Source: an uncultured Bacillota bacterium (GTDB lineage: Bacteria > Sysuimicrobiota > Sysuimicrobiia > Sysuimicrobiales > Segetimicrobiaceae). From it: DNA of 64,000 nucleotides. The translations under genes and the position numbers were made by a program. Under the pieces are notes generated by a model. The model did not search any database. It worked only from the letters and a program-made list of their open reading frames with translations, and had not been told where the DNA came from. How positions within the stretch are numbered: the first letter of the stretch is position 1; each line of letters opens with the position of its first letter. The DNA is taken from NCBI GenBank assembly GCA_963804645.1, contig CAWDRG010000019.1, positions 245,227 to 309,226 of the forward strand, given 5' to 3'. Of the stretch, positions 41,725 through 50,688 are shown in pieces.

Positions 41725-43275
41725 TCAGCTGCGACGCGGCCCCGGTCCCGCCGGGGCCGTTGCGTGTGCGGTCGCCCCCGCGCCGCGCGGCACGGCGAGG
41801 GACGTCGGCGGGAGCAGGGGCACGGGGTGCCCGAGAAATCCGCGGCACCAGAACAGGCCAAGCGTCCGCACCACGATTCCGCGCCGGACGATCCGCACGG
41901 ACGGGGCCGGCTCCACGGCACGGCACCCCAGCAGGGGGTCGACCGCGAGCGGGTAGCGGCCGTCGCGGATGAACAGGGCGTCACGGCCCCGGAGGGCCAC
42001 CCATGAGATCCAGAGGTGGTACTCGTCCGAGGCGATCATCGTGGTCGCGGGCTCTTCTCCGCGCGTCGCCAGATCGAACTGGGCCATCACCTGGTACCGG
42101 TCGGTGGTGAAGAAGTACGGACCCCGCGCGCCGCGCCGGGCAATCTCGGTGACGGCGCGCGCCGCCTCCGGCCACCCGTAGTAATCGACCGTGGGGTCCA
42201 GGCGGGGCGGCAGCAGCGACGGCCCGAGCAGCGGCACCGCGTAGATGAGCAGCGTGACGAGCGCCGTCGTTCCCAGCACCGCGGTGGCGGCCCCGCGCCA
42301 CGCGGGCGTGCGCGACGCCCACGGCCGTTCGGTGCCGAGCGCCGCGAGCGCGATCGTGGCCCCAAGATACCCGGGCGCCGCCCAGTGGCCCTTCGCATCG
42401 CCCACGAGGCTGACGAGATAGACCGCCGCGATGAGGGGAAGGCCGGAGAGGGCGAGGAACAGCCAGCGGTCGTCGCCCACCAGCCCCCGGTGGGCCGCGA
42501 CGATGAGGGCGCCGAGCAAGGCCGGGAACATCAGCGGACCGAGATAGACGAACTGCAGCGCCGTAAACACGGGCAGGTTGCCGTGCGACGACCACGCCGG
42601 CAGGCGCACGGCGGTCGTGGCAAACGACACCCAGCCGTGGGTTGCGTTCCACCAGACCACCGGCGCAAAGACGGCCAGCGCCACGGCCGCGCCGGCGTAC
42701 AGCGCCCAACGCCGCCACCACTGCCGGTGCGGCGGGCTGAGCGCGAGCCAGCTGCCGATCGACACCGGCAGGATCGCCGCCGTGTACTTGCTCTGGAGGG
42801 CGAGTCCCCCCCAGAACCCGGCCGTGAGCCACGCCGACCCGCGCGTGCCGTGCGCGGCGCGCCATGCCCACAGGAGCGTGACGACCCAGCAGAGGCCGAG
42901 CGGCGCGTCCGGGGCGGCCAAGAGGCCTCCCCCGGCAAACACGGGGACCACGTTAAACAGGAGCACCGACCACACGGCCGCGTCGGGCCGGCCCACGACC
43001 TCACGCGCCAGCGCGTACACCGCGAGCGAGGTGGCCAGGGAGAGCACCGCGGCCACGCCGTGGACCGCGAGTTGGGGGGAGGGCACGAGGTGCCGCGCGG
43101 CCCAGATCAGGAACGCGATCGCCGGCGGATGGTCCACGTAGCCCGCCGCGAGATGCCGCGACCAGTCCCAGTAGTACGCCTCGTCGTCGCCGAGCGGCAG
43201 GATCGCGGCGATGACCAAGCGGAGGCCGAGGAGGGCGACGAGAAAGGCCGCGAGCGGCCGAGGGAGCCGGGACAT
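41725..43275 (-). CDS. GT-C (GT83/GT39, ArnT-like) membrane glycosyltransferase
   Basis: DDEAYYWDW...L..GY.DHPP, PDAPL, GLAL.SKY, P...WN...GW.SF, HW..P; polytopic. Confidence 0.88.
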   Translation of the reverse strand: MSRLPRPLAAFLVALLGLRLVIAAILPLGDDEAYYWDWSRHLAAGYVDHPPAIAFLIWAARHLVPSPQLAVHGVAAVLSLATSLAVYALAREVVGRPDAAVWSVLLFNVVPVFAGGGLLAAPDAPLGLCWVVTLLWAWRAAHGTRGSAWLTAGFWGGLALQSKYTAAILPVSIGSWLALSPPHRQWWRRWALYAGAAVALAVFAPVVWWNATHGWVSFATTAVRLPAWSSHGNLPVFTALQFVYLGPLMFPALLGALIVAAHRGLVGDDRWLFLALSGLPLIAAVYLVSLVGDAKGHWAAPGYLGATIALAALGTERPWASRTPAWRGAATAVLGTTALVTLLIYAVPLLGPSLLPPRLDPTVDYYGWPEAARAVTEIARRGARGPYFFTTDRYQVMAQFDLATRGEEPATTMIASDEYHLWISWVALRGRDALFIRDGRYPLAVDPLLGCRAVEPAPSVRIVRRGIVVRTLGLFWCRGFLGHPVPLLPPTSLAVPRGAGATAHATAPAGPGPRRS

Positions 43276-43375
43276 ACCGTACGATCCTAGCGGAATACGG
43301 CGCGGTGCGTCAAACGTGCGGCGGCGCCGCGCGCATAGGAGCGGCGCGCGCCGGTCCCGAATCGAACAGCCCGTG

Positions 43376-44059
43376 ATGGCGCATGACGCGATCGCAATCG
43401 CGATCGACGGTCCGATGGGATCCGGGAAGAGCACGGTGGCGCGCGAGGTCGCGCGTCGGTTGGGTTTCCGGTATCTGGATACCGGGGCGATGTATCGTGC
43501 GGTGGCGGCGGCGGCGCTGCGGGCGGGAGTGCCGGTGACCGATACTGCGGCCCTCGCCCGGCTCGCGGAGGAGGTCCGGCCGGAGGTGACGTCCGCTCCC
43601 GACGGGGCGACCCGGGTGACCGTGAACGGGGAGGACGTGACGGACGACCTGCGCAGCGTCGCGGTCAATCGCATGGTGGGGCAAGTCGCTCGGGTGCCGG
43701 CGGTCCGCGCCGCGCTCGGGGGCCTCCAGCGGGCGCTCGGCCGTGCCGGTGGGGTCGTGATGGAAGGACGAGACATCGGGTCGGTGATCCTTCCGGACGC
43801 GGGCGTCAAAGTGTACCTGACGGCGTCGCCGGACGCGCGCGCCCAGCGCCGGCAGGCCGAGTTGGCGGCGGCCGGAGAAACCGTGCCGATCGACGAGGTG
43901 CGCCGGATCGAGGCCGAGGACGACCGGACCGCGATGACGCGGGAGATCGCGCCGCTGCTGGTCGCGCCTGGCGCCACCGTCATCGACAGCACGGCCTTGA
44001 GCGTGGACGAGGTCGTCGCGCGCATTCTCGCCCTGGTGGACCGCGCCCGTGGTCTATAA
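43376..44059 (+). CDS. cmk: Cytidylate kinase
   Basis: IAIDGP.GSGKST, LDTGAMYRA, EGRDIG, YLTAS...RA.RR. Confidence 0.95.
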   Translation: MAHDAIAIAIDGPMGSGKSTVAREVARRLGFRYLDTGAMYRAVAAAALRAGVPVTDTAALARLAEEVRPEVTSAPDGATRVTVNGEDVTDDLRSVAVNRMVGQVARVPAVRAALGGLQRALGRAGGVVMEGRDIGSVILPDAGVKVYLTASPDARAQRRQAELAAAGETVPIDEVRRIEAEDDRTAMTREIAPLLVAPGATVIDSTALSVDEVVARILALVDRARGL

Positions 44060-44663
44060 CATCTCGAGACTGCTGCTTCGGGTCGTGCTGCGTCTCTGGT
44101 TCGGGTTCCGGGTCGACGGCCGGGAGCACGAACCGGCAACCGGTCCCGTGGTGATCGTCAGCAACCATCTGAGCGACCTGGATCCCCTCATCGTCGGCTC
44201 GGCGCTGAAGCGCCGCGTGGGGTTCATGGCGAAGCAGGAGCTGTTCGAGGTGCCGGGCGTCCGGTGGTGGGTGTCCGCCTGCGGGGCGTTTCCGGTGAGG
44301 CGCGGGGAACCCGACCGGCAGGCGCTGCGGACCGCGATGCACCTCCTCGAGGGCGGCGGCGTGTTGGTGATGTTTCCCGAGGGCACCCGTGGGACCACGC
44401 GTGAACTGCGGCCGCCCGAACCCGGCGCGGCCCTGCTGGCGCTGCGGACCGGGGCCACGGTGCTGCCGGTCGCCGTGATCGGGTCGGATGAGGTGATGCC
44501 CCGCGGCTCGCACCGCCTCCGGCGCGCCACGGTACGCGTGCGGATCGGCGAGCCGATCCCGGTGCCCCGACCGTCGCCGCGCCCCCGGGGGAAGCGGGAC
44601 CGCGAGGAGATCGACGCGCTCGGCCGGCAGTTCATGGGCGCGCTCGCGCGGCTGCTCGCGTAG
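44049..44663 (+). CDS. plsC: 1-acyl-sn-glycerol-3-phosphate acyltransferase
   Basis: NHLSDLD, FMAK.EL, FPEGTR. Confidence 0.9.
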   Translation: MVYNISRLLLRVVLRLWFGFRVDGREHEPATGPVVIVSNHLSDLDPLIVGSALKRRVGFMAKQELFEVPGVRWWVSACGAFPVRRGEPDRQALRTAMHLLEGGGVLVMFPEGTRGTTRELRPPEPGAALLALRTGATVLPVAVIGSDEVMPRGSHRLRRATVRVRIGEPIPVPRPSPRPRGKRDREEIDALGRQFMGALARLLA

Positions 44664-44755
44664 GCCCCGCCCTCGACAACCCCGCGGCGCGCCCGTATCA
44701 TGGAAGGACGCGAGCAGATCCGGGGTCGCTGGCCGGCCGGAACGGGGCATGTCCG

Positions 44756-45598
44756 ATGAAGATTGTCGTGGCGAAGCATATGGGTTTTTGCGGCGGCGTG
44801 CGCCGGGCGGTGGACCTGGCCCAGCAGACCGCCGCGTCCACCGGCTCGCCGGTGGACACGTTCGGTCCCCTGATCCACAATCCCCAGGTCGTCCAGCGGC
44901 TTCAGGAGGCCGGGGTCCGGGTCGCCGAGCGGCCCGAGGATCTTGCGGGCAACACGTTTGTGGTGTCCGCGTACGGCGTCGAGCACGGCGTCCTCGATGC
45001 CGCGCGCGAACGCGGCATGGCGATCGTGGACGCGACCTGCTCGGTGGTCCTGCGCGCCCACGCGAAGGCCAAGACGCTCGCGGATGAGGGCTACCAAGTC
45101 ATCTGCCTCGGCGACCACGGCCATCCCGAGATGGTGACCCTGAAGGAGATGCTCGGGGACCGCGTCACGATTGTCCACACGCGTGAAGAGGCTGAGGCGG
45201 TCAAGGTGACCCAGAAGGTCGGCGTCGTCAGCCAGACGACCCAGTCCATGGAGAACTTCCGACTGATCGTCGGGGATCTCGCGCTGCGGGTCAAGGAGCT
45301 GAAGGTCCTCAACACCCTGTGCCCGGCGATCACCGTGCGCCAAGAAGAAACGGACGCGATCGTCGATCAGGTCGAGGCCCTGCTGGTCGTGGGGGGGCGC
45401 GGCAGCTCCAACACCACCCGCCTCGCGGAGATCGGGCGCGCGCACGGGCTGCCGACGTACCACATCGAGACGGCGGACGAGATCTCCACGGACTGGTTCT
45501 CGGGGATCGACGCGGTCGGCGTGGTGTCGGGCGCGAGCACCCCGGAATGGATCATCCGCGACGTCATGCACCGGCTCGAGGGGCTGGACGGGCAGTAG
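44756..45598 (+). CDS. ispH: 4-hydroxy-3-methylbut-2-enyl diphosphate reductase
   Basis: GFCGGVRRA, IHNP, DATC, HPE, QTT, TLC, SSNT, GASTP. Confidence 0.95.
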   Translation: MKIVVAKHMGFCGGVRRAVDLAQQTAASTGSPVDTFGPLIHNPQVVQRLQEAGVRVAERPEDLAGNTFVVSAYGVEHGVLDAARERGMAIVDATCSVVLRAHAKAKTLADEGYQVICLGDHGHPEMVTLKEMLGDRVTIVHTREEAEAVKVTQKVGVVSQTTQSMENFRLIVGDLALRVKELKVLNTLCPAITVRQEETDAIVDQVEALLVVGGRGSSNTTRLAEIGRAHGLPTYHIETADEISTDWFSGIDAVGVVSGASTPEWIIRDVMHRLEGLDGQ

Positions 45599-45631
45599 CC
45601 TCGCGGGGCAGGCTCGTCCCTCCATCTGCCG

Positions 45632-47020
45632 ATGCCCACGACCGTTGACCCGATTGTCGCGATCGTAGGGCGCCCGAACGCCGGCAAGTCCGCGCTGTTC
45701 AACCGGCTGCTTTCTCGGCGGGTCGCGATCGTCGAGGACACGCCCGGCGTCACGCGCGATCGGCTGTCGGCGACGTGCGAGTGGGCGGGGCGCCACTTCA
45801 CCCTCGTCGACACCGGCGGTCTCGTCTCGGGGCGTGCCGAGGCGCTCGCGACCGAGGTGCGCCGCCAGACCGGCCGGGCGATCGCGGACGCCGATCTCGT
45901 GCTGTTCGTGGTCGATGCCGCCCAGGGACTGACCCCCGCCGACGAAGAGATCGCGCAGCAGCTGCGCGAGACCGACCGGCCGGTGCTCGTCGTCGCGAAC
46001 AAGATCGACCTCGGGTCCGGCTCGGTCGGCGTGCACGAGTTTCACGCGCTCGGGCTCGGCACCCCGCTCCCGGTGTCGGCCACCCAGGGCGTCGGGATCG
46101 GGGATCTCCTCGACACGGTGATCGGCGCCCTGCCGGCGACGGCGTCCGACGCCGAGCGGGGCGCGGAGCCGGCGTCCGCGGAGCCCGAGGCCGACGCGCC
46201 CGTCCGCGTGGCATTTCTCGGCCGGCCCAACGTCGGGAAGTCGTCGCTCGTCAACGCGCTCCTCGGGGAAGACCGCGTGGTGGTGGACGCGGCGCCCGGG
46301 ACGACGCGGGACGCGATCGACACGGCGCTCAGCTATGGCGGGCGGGCGGTCGTGCTGATCGATACCGCGGGACTGCGCCGCCGCACGCACGTCACGGAGT
46401 CCGTCGAGTTCTACAGCACGCGGCGGACGTACGACGCGCTCGCCCGTGCGGACGTGGTCGTGCTGGTGGTTGACGCCACGCTCGGCATCACCGAGCAGGA
46501 CCAGCGGATCGCCCGCGCGGCGTACGACGCGGGGCGGGGCGTCGTCCTGGCCGTGAACAAGTGGGATCTTCTGACCGGGTACACGCCGGCCGATGTCGAC
46601 CGGATGGCCCAGCGTCAGCTCCGCTTTCTCGGCGGCGTCGCGGTGTGCCTGACCTCCGCCGTGAGCGGCGAGGGGATCGCCGGCCTGTTCGACGCGGTGT
46701 TCGCGACGGCGGCCGCTCGGGGGCTGCGGATCGCGACCGGGCCGCTCAACCGGCTGATCGGCCAGGCCGTCCGCGCCAACGAACCGTCCGCGGACGGGGC
46801 CGGCCGGCGGCTGCACATTTACTACGCGACGCAAGCGGAAACCCACCCGCCGAACATCGTGCTGTTCGTGAACAACCCCGCGCTTTTCACGGAGGAGTAC
46901 CGGCGCTATCTCGAACGGAAGCTCCGCACCGCGTTCGACCTGCGCGGGACGCCGATCCGCTGGTCGCTGCGGGGGAAGCGGGCAGCGGCGTCCGAGCGCA
47001 CGCTCGGACAGCGGGGATGA
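45632..47020 (+). CDS. der: Ribosome biogenesis GTPase Der (EngA)
   Basis: Two G domains (GRPNAGKS/DTGG/NKID; GRPNVGKSS/DTAG/NKWD) plus KH-like C-terminus. Confidence 0.96.
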   Translation: MPTTVDPIVAIVGRPNAGKSALFNRLLSRRVAIVEDTPGVTRDRLSATCEWAGRHFTLVDTGGLVSGRAEALATEVRRQTGRAIADADLVLFVVDAAQGLTPADEEIAQQLRETDRPVLVVANKIDLGSGSVGVHEFHALGLGTPLPVSATQGVGIGDLLDTVIGALPATASDAERGAEPASAEPEADAPVRVAFLGRPNVGKSSLVNALLGEDRVVVDAAPGTTRDAIDTALSYGGRAVVLIDTAGLRRRTHVTESVEFYSTRRTYDALARADVVVLVVDATLGITEQDQRIARAAYDAGRGVVLAVNKWDLLTGYTPADVDRMAQRQLRFLGGVAVCLTSAVSGEGIAGLFDAVFATAAARGLRIATGPLNRLIGQAVRANEPSADGAGRRLHIYYATQAETHPPNIVLFVNNPALFTEEYRRYLERKLRTAFDLRGTPIRWSLRGKRAAASERTLGQRG

Positions 47021-47658
47021 ACGCGACGTCCGTCGGTCTGATCGCGCTCGGCTACCTGATCGGGTCCGTGCCGATCGGGGCCATGCTGTCGGTGGCGGCG
47101 GGCCGACATCCGGGAGCACGGCAGCGGCAACATCGGCACCGCCAACGTCCTGCGCGTCGCCGGGCCGGCGGTCGCCGCGGTCGTCCTCGCGGCGGACATG
47201 CTCAAGGGGTTCGTGCCGGTCTGGCTCGCAATCGATCGCGGGACCGGGCCGTGGACGATCGTCCTGTGCGGGCTGGCCGCGATCGCCGGGCACAACTGGT
47301 CGGTGTTTCTCCGCTTCGGGGGCGGGAAGGGGATCGCCACATCGTTCGGCGTGATGCTCGGCCTGTCGCTCAAGGTGGCGCTCTTCGCGGCCGGCGGTGT
47401 GGATCGTCGTGGTCGCGCTGACGCGGTTCACGTCGCTGGGATCGCTGCTGGGCGTCATTTCGGTGCCGATCGCGCTGTGGCGCACCGGCGCGCCGGACGC
47501 GTACGTCGCGTTCGGCGTGATCGCGGTGGTATTCGCGCTGATACCGTCATCGCGCCAACATCGGGCGCCTGGCGAGGGGCACGGAGCGCCGAATTTTCGA
47601 CCGGGAGCCTCCGAAGGACACCAACTCGTCGGACGACCGGGAACCTCCGAAGCCCTAG
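47017..47658 (+). CDS. plsY: Glycerol-3-phosphate acyltransferase PlsY (several frameshifts, probably sequence errors)
   Basis: GYLIGSVP; DIREHGSGNIGTANVLR; DMLKG; GHNWSVFLRFGGGKGIAT; HRANI.RL..GTE, spread over different frames. Confidence 0.88.
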
Positions 47659-48687
47659 ATGCACGTGCTCTGTTACGGGGCCGGGGCCGTCGGGTCGCTG
47701 GTGGGCGGCCGGCTCGCGATCGGGGAGGCGGCGGAGGTCACGCTGCTCGCCCGCCGCACGCACGTCGCCGTGATCCGAACGCGCGGGCTCGGGATCGAGA
47801 CGCCCGACGGCACCGCGGTCTGCAAGCACGTGGATTCGATCACCTCGCTTGACGATCTGCGGTCGGCGCCCGACGTCGTCGTCCTCACCGTGAAGGCCTA
47901 TCGGACCTCCGACGCGCTCGCGGATCTGGCTCCGGTCCTCCGGGGTGGGGCGCGCCTGGTGACGCTGCAAAACGGGGTCGGCAACGAAGAGCGGATCGCG
48001 GACGTCGCCGGGGCCGCTTGCACGGTCTCGGGCGCCGTGACTCTGAGTGTCAGTCTTCCTCGGCCCGGCGTCGTCCGGCAGAACACCGCAGGGGGCGGGG
48101 TGGCCCTTGCGCCGCTTGAGGGCGGCCGCCCAGTGAGCGATCTCGTGGACATGTTTGCGCGAGGCGGGTTTCGCGTCGCGGCCTATCCCGAGTACCGCGC
48201 CATGAAGTGGAGCAAGCTCCTGCTGAACATGCTCGCGAACGCGACCGCCGCGGTGATGGACGTCACGCCGGCGGAGATTGCCCGCGACCCGAGGATGTTT
48301 GCGATCGATCGCGCGGCGTTCCGGGAGGCGGTGCGCGTCATGCGCGCCCTGCGCCTCCGGCCAGTGACGCTTCCCGGGTACCCCGTGCCCCTGCTCGCGC
48401 GGGTGATGGCCGGGCCCGCGGCGCTCGCGCGCCTCATCGTCGGGCCTCGGCTCGGCGGGGGACGCGGGGAGAAGATGCCGTCGTTATGGGAGGACCTCGA
48501 TCGCGGCCGCAGCGACAGCGAGGTCGAGGTGTTGAACGGCGCCGTGGTGCGGGAAGGTGCCCGCCTCGGTGTGCCCACGCCGATCAACGCGCTGGTCACT
48601 TCGGCGCTGGGTGCCTTGGCCGCGGGCCGCTGCGATCGGAGCGTATACCGGCGCAGCCCAGAGGCGCTGCTGACGTACCGCCCGTAG
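47659..48687 (+). CDS. panE: Ketopantoate reductase family protein
   Basis: GAGAVG, VKAY, LQNGVG, KWSKLLLN, PSLWEDL, SEVE.LNG. Confidence 0.82.
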   Translation: MHVLCYGAGAVGSLVGGRLAIGEAAEVTLLARRTHVAVIRTRGLGIETPDGTAVCKHVDSITSLDDLRSAPDVVVLTVKAYRTSDALADLAPVLRGGARLVTLQNGVGNEERIADVAGAACTVSGAVTLSVSLPRPGVVRQNTAGGGVALAPLEGGRPVSDLVDMFARGGFRVAAYPEYRAMKWSKLLLNMLANATAAVMDVTPAEIARDPRMFAIDRAAFREAVRVMRALRLRPVTLPGYPVPLLARVMAGPAALARLIVGPRLGGGRGEKMPSLWEDLDRGRSDSEVEVLNGAVVREGARLGVPTPINALVTSALGALAAGRCDRSVYRRSPEALLTYRP

Positions 48688-48769
48688 ACGGACCGGGATC
48701 ACGGCCGACGGCGGACGGTTCGCCTGTGTTTGGCACGAACGAAGTCGGCTTGTTATACTAGTGTCCTGT

Positions 48770-48846
48770 CGGGCCGTAGCGCAGCTTGGTAGCGCACCTG
48801 AATGGGGTTCAGGTGGTCGTCGGTTCAAATCCGACCGGCCCGACCA
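48770..48846 (+). tRNA. tRNA-Pro (anticodon GGG)
   Basis: CGGGCCG/CGGCCCG acceptor, GCGC D stem, CCTGA-AT GGG GT-TCAGG, GTCGG-TTCAAAT-CCGAC, encoded CCA; TGTTATACT extended -10 at 48751-48759. Confidence 0.97.
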
Positions 48847-48973
48847 AGTCCACAAATAGCAGTTTCCGCGTTTCGTATGATGTGCGACCAAGTGCCCGCA
48901 ATCCTCCGTTCTTGACGCGAACGTCTGTGGTGATACAATGTGGATACATGAATTTGGTCGAGGAGCATTTGAG

Positions 48974-49201
48974 ATGATCAAGCATCTCACAAAACACGGG
49001 AACAGCCTCGCCCTGGTGATAGACCGCGGTGTTCTCGAGCTGCTTGCGATCCAGGCTGACACGCCCCTTTCCCTTACGACCGACGGGACAAGCCTCGTGA
49101 TCACGCCGGCGCACGATGCGAAGCGCCGCCGATCATTCCGGAAGGCCCTGGCTTCGGTGAACAAGCGATACCGGGGAGCGCTGAAGCGCCTCGCAGAGTA
49201 G
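48974..49201 (+). CDS. AbrB/MazE/SpoVT-family antitoxin
   Basis: KHLTKHGNSLALVID..VLELL.I; AGGAG RBS; TTGACG-N16-TACAAT promoter at 48912-48939. Confidence 0.88.
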   Translation: MIKHLTKHGNSLALVIDRGVLELLAIQADTPLSLTTDGTSLVITPAHDAKRRRSFRKALASVNKRYRGALKRLAE

Positions 49202-49205
49202 CGCG

Positions 49206-49637
49206 GTGGTCATACTGTTCCTGAGTCTGGACGAAGTTCTGGAGATCCACGATGACCAGATCAGACGCCATGGCGGTGCCGCCGGTACTCGCGAGCTCGG
49301 TCTCGTGCAATCGGCGCTTGCCATGCCGCGGGCCGGCGGCCCAGCCGGTTACTATCACACGGATTTCTGCGAGATGGCTGCGGCCTATCTCTATTACATT
49401 GTGCGGAATCATCCCTTCGTCGACGGCAACAAGCGGACTGGCGTCGCCGCCGCACTGGTGTTCCTTCAGATGAACGGCATCGAGATCCGGGTGACAGATG
49501 ACGAGCTCGTGGACGTCGTCCTGGCCGCGGCTGACGGCACACTGGGCAAAAGTAGCATTGCCGAGTTTCTTAGGGTACGCGCATCTGAACAGAGTTCAGG
49601 TGGTCGCCGGTTCAAATCCGGCCGGCCCGACCAATAA
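49206..49637 (+). CDS. Doc (Fic-family) toxin
   Basis: FLSLDEVLEIH, SALAMP, NHPFVDGNKRT (Doc-type Fic motif). Confidence 0.9.
   Translation: MVILFLSLDEVLEIHDDQIRRHGGAAGTRELGLVQSALAMPRAGGPAGYYHTDFCEMAAAYLYYIVRNHPFVDGNKRTGVAAALVFLQMNGIEIRVTDDELVDVVLAAADGTLGKSSIAEFLRVRASEQSSGGRRFKSGRPDQ
49579..49633 (+). repeat. Direct repeat of the tRNA-Pro 3' part (att-like)
   Basis: 49/55 identical to 48792-48846; ends in CCA. Confidence 0.9.
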
Positions 49638-49978
49638 ATCAGGTTCTTCCGGTAAAACCGGGAAACCCGGCAAAATGGGGAGTCGTCATGACGATAGGGG
49701 CGCTGCCGGCCTTGGCTGGCTGTTCCATCCCGCGACGGAAGCAGTCAAGGACCGCGCAGCGGGCCGGAGGCCTTGCCTTGACGGCCGACGGGGCGGGAAG
49801 TAGCCGCTTGAAGGGGCCGGAAGCGGCTGCCTGTACAGATGTTCGTTATTCATCCCTTGCATGGGTGCCTGACTCCCCTGGGCTCGATTCGCTAAAGCGG
49901 GCCTCCAGCAAGGCCTTTAGCCTGATGGCGTGCACTTGTAAGGCTTTCCCGCTTTTGCCTGATGAACCATAAATCAAG

Positions 49979-50130
49979 GTCCAACCCGGAGACATAGGTG
50001 ACACTTTGTACCTAGGACATGGGTAACACTTTCGGGCCGAACGGATTTTCGAGCGGTTCGATCACGCGTGGTCTCCAGATCGAAGTATCCCAAGTCAATA
50101 CTCCATAAAGCTGACCAGTCAGATGTCATC
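49979..50130 (-). pseudogene. IS481-family transposase C-terminal remnant with element end
   Basis: Minus strand reads DDI*LVSFMEY..LGYFDLET..ENPFGPKVLPMS*, with tandem TGTTACCCATGT / TGTCACCTATGT end repeats. Confidence 0.75.
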
Positions 50131-50298
50131 ATACACAGCGCTGCTGGTCCTAACCATGGCGGTGGTAGTCCTGGACACTTCCCGTTCGTACAACTATTAG
50201 TCTAATCCCTTTCTTGGCCATCGGTAGATCCAGGATCCCGGAGGGGAATCCTCCAATACATGTAGAGCACTGGCACGGCCAAGAGGGGGAGGTTGGAC

Positions 50299-50688
50299 GT
50301 GGCACACTCAAATGAACAGCGGCTGAGAGATCTCTACGATGCATTCAGCCGTGGCGCGATGGACGCGGTCCTTGGTTATTGCTCGGATGATATTGAGTTC
50401 CTCGTTCCCGGCCACAGCAAGCTTGCCGGGTCATACACGAAGGCAGAGTTTGTCCCGCGTCTGATTAGCCGCGTTATGGAACTGAGCAAGGGAACCTTCC
50501 GGGAAGCGGTAGATGACGTCGTCGCTAACGATCGGCATGGCGTCGTCCTTGCCACGCATACACTCGATCGTGACGGAAAGCCGCGCGAGTACAAAACCAT
50601 CCACCTCTGGGGAATCCGGGACGGCTGGTTCGTCGAGTGGAGGGAGTACCCGCAAGACTTGTACTTATTCGATGAGGTTTGGGCCTAG
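50299..50688 (+). CDS. SnoaL-like / NTF2-family protein
   Basis: N...LRDLYDAFSRG.MDA, DDIEF.VPG.S.LAG.Y, HLWGIRDG; start may be 50293. Confidence 0.85.
   Translation: MAHSNEQRLRDLYDAFSRGAMDAVLGYCSDDIEFLVPGHSKLAGSYTKAEFVPRLISRVMELSKGTFREAVDDVVANDRHGVVLATHTLDRDGKPREYKTIHLWGIRDGWFVEWREYPQDLYLFDEVWA

Noticed and set aside
47598..47652. 18-bp near-direct repeat (DREPPK twice) at the plsY 3' end
   Set aside because: Small duplication in a variable C-terminal tail; no sign of function
49579..49633. Second functional tRNA with an AGA anticodon
   Set aside because: No 5' acceptor strand or D arm, lacks U33, and lies inside the doc reading frame; treated as an att-like repeat
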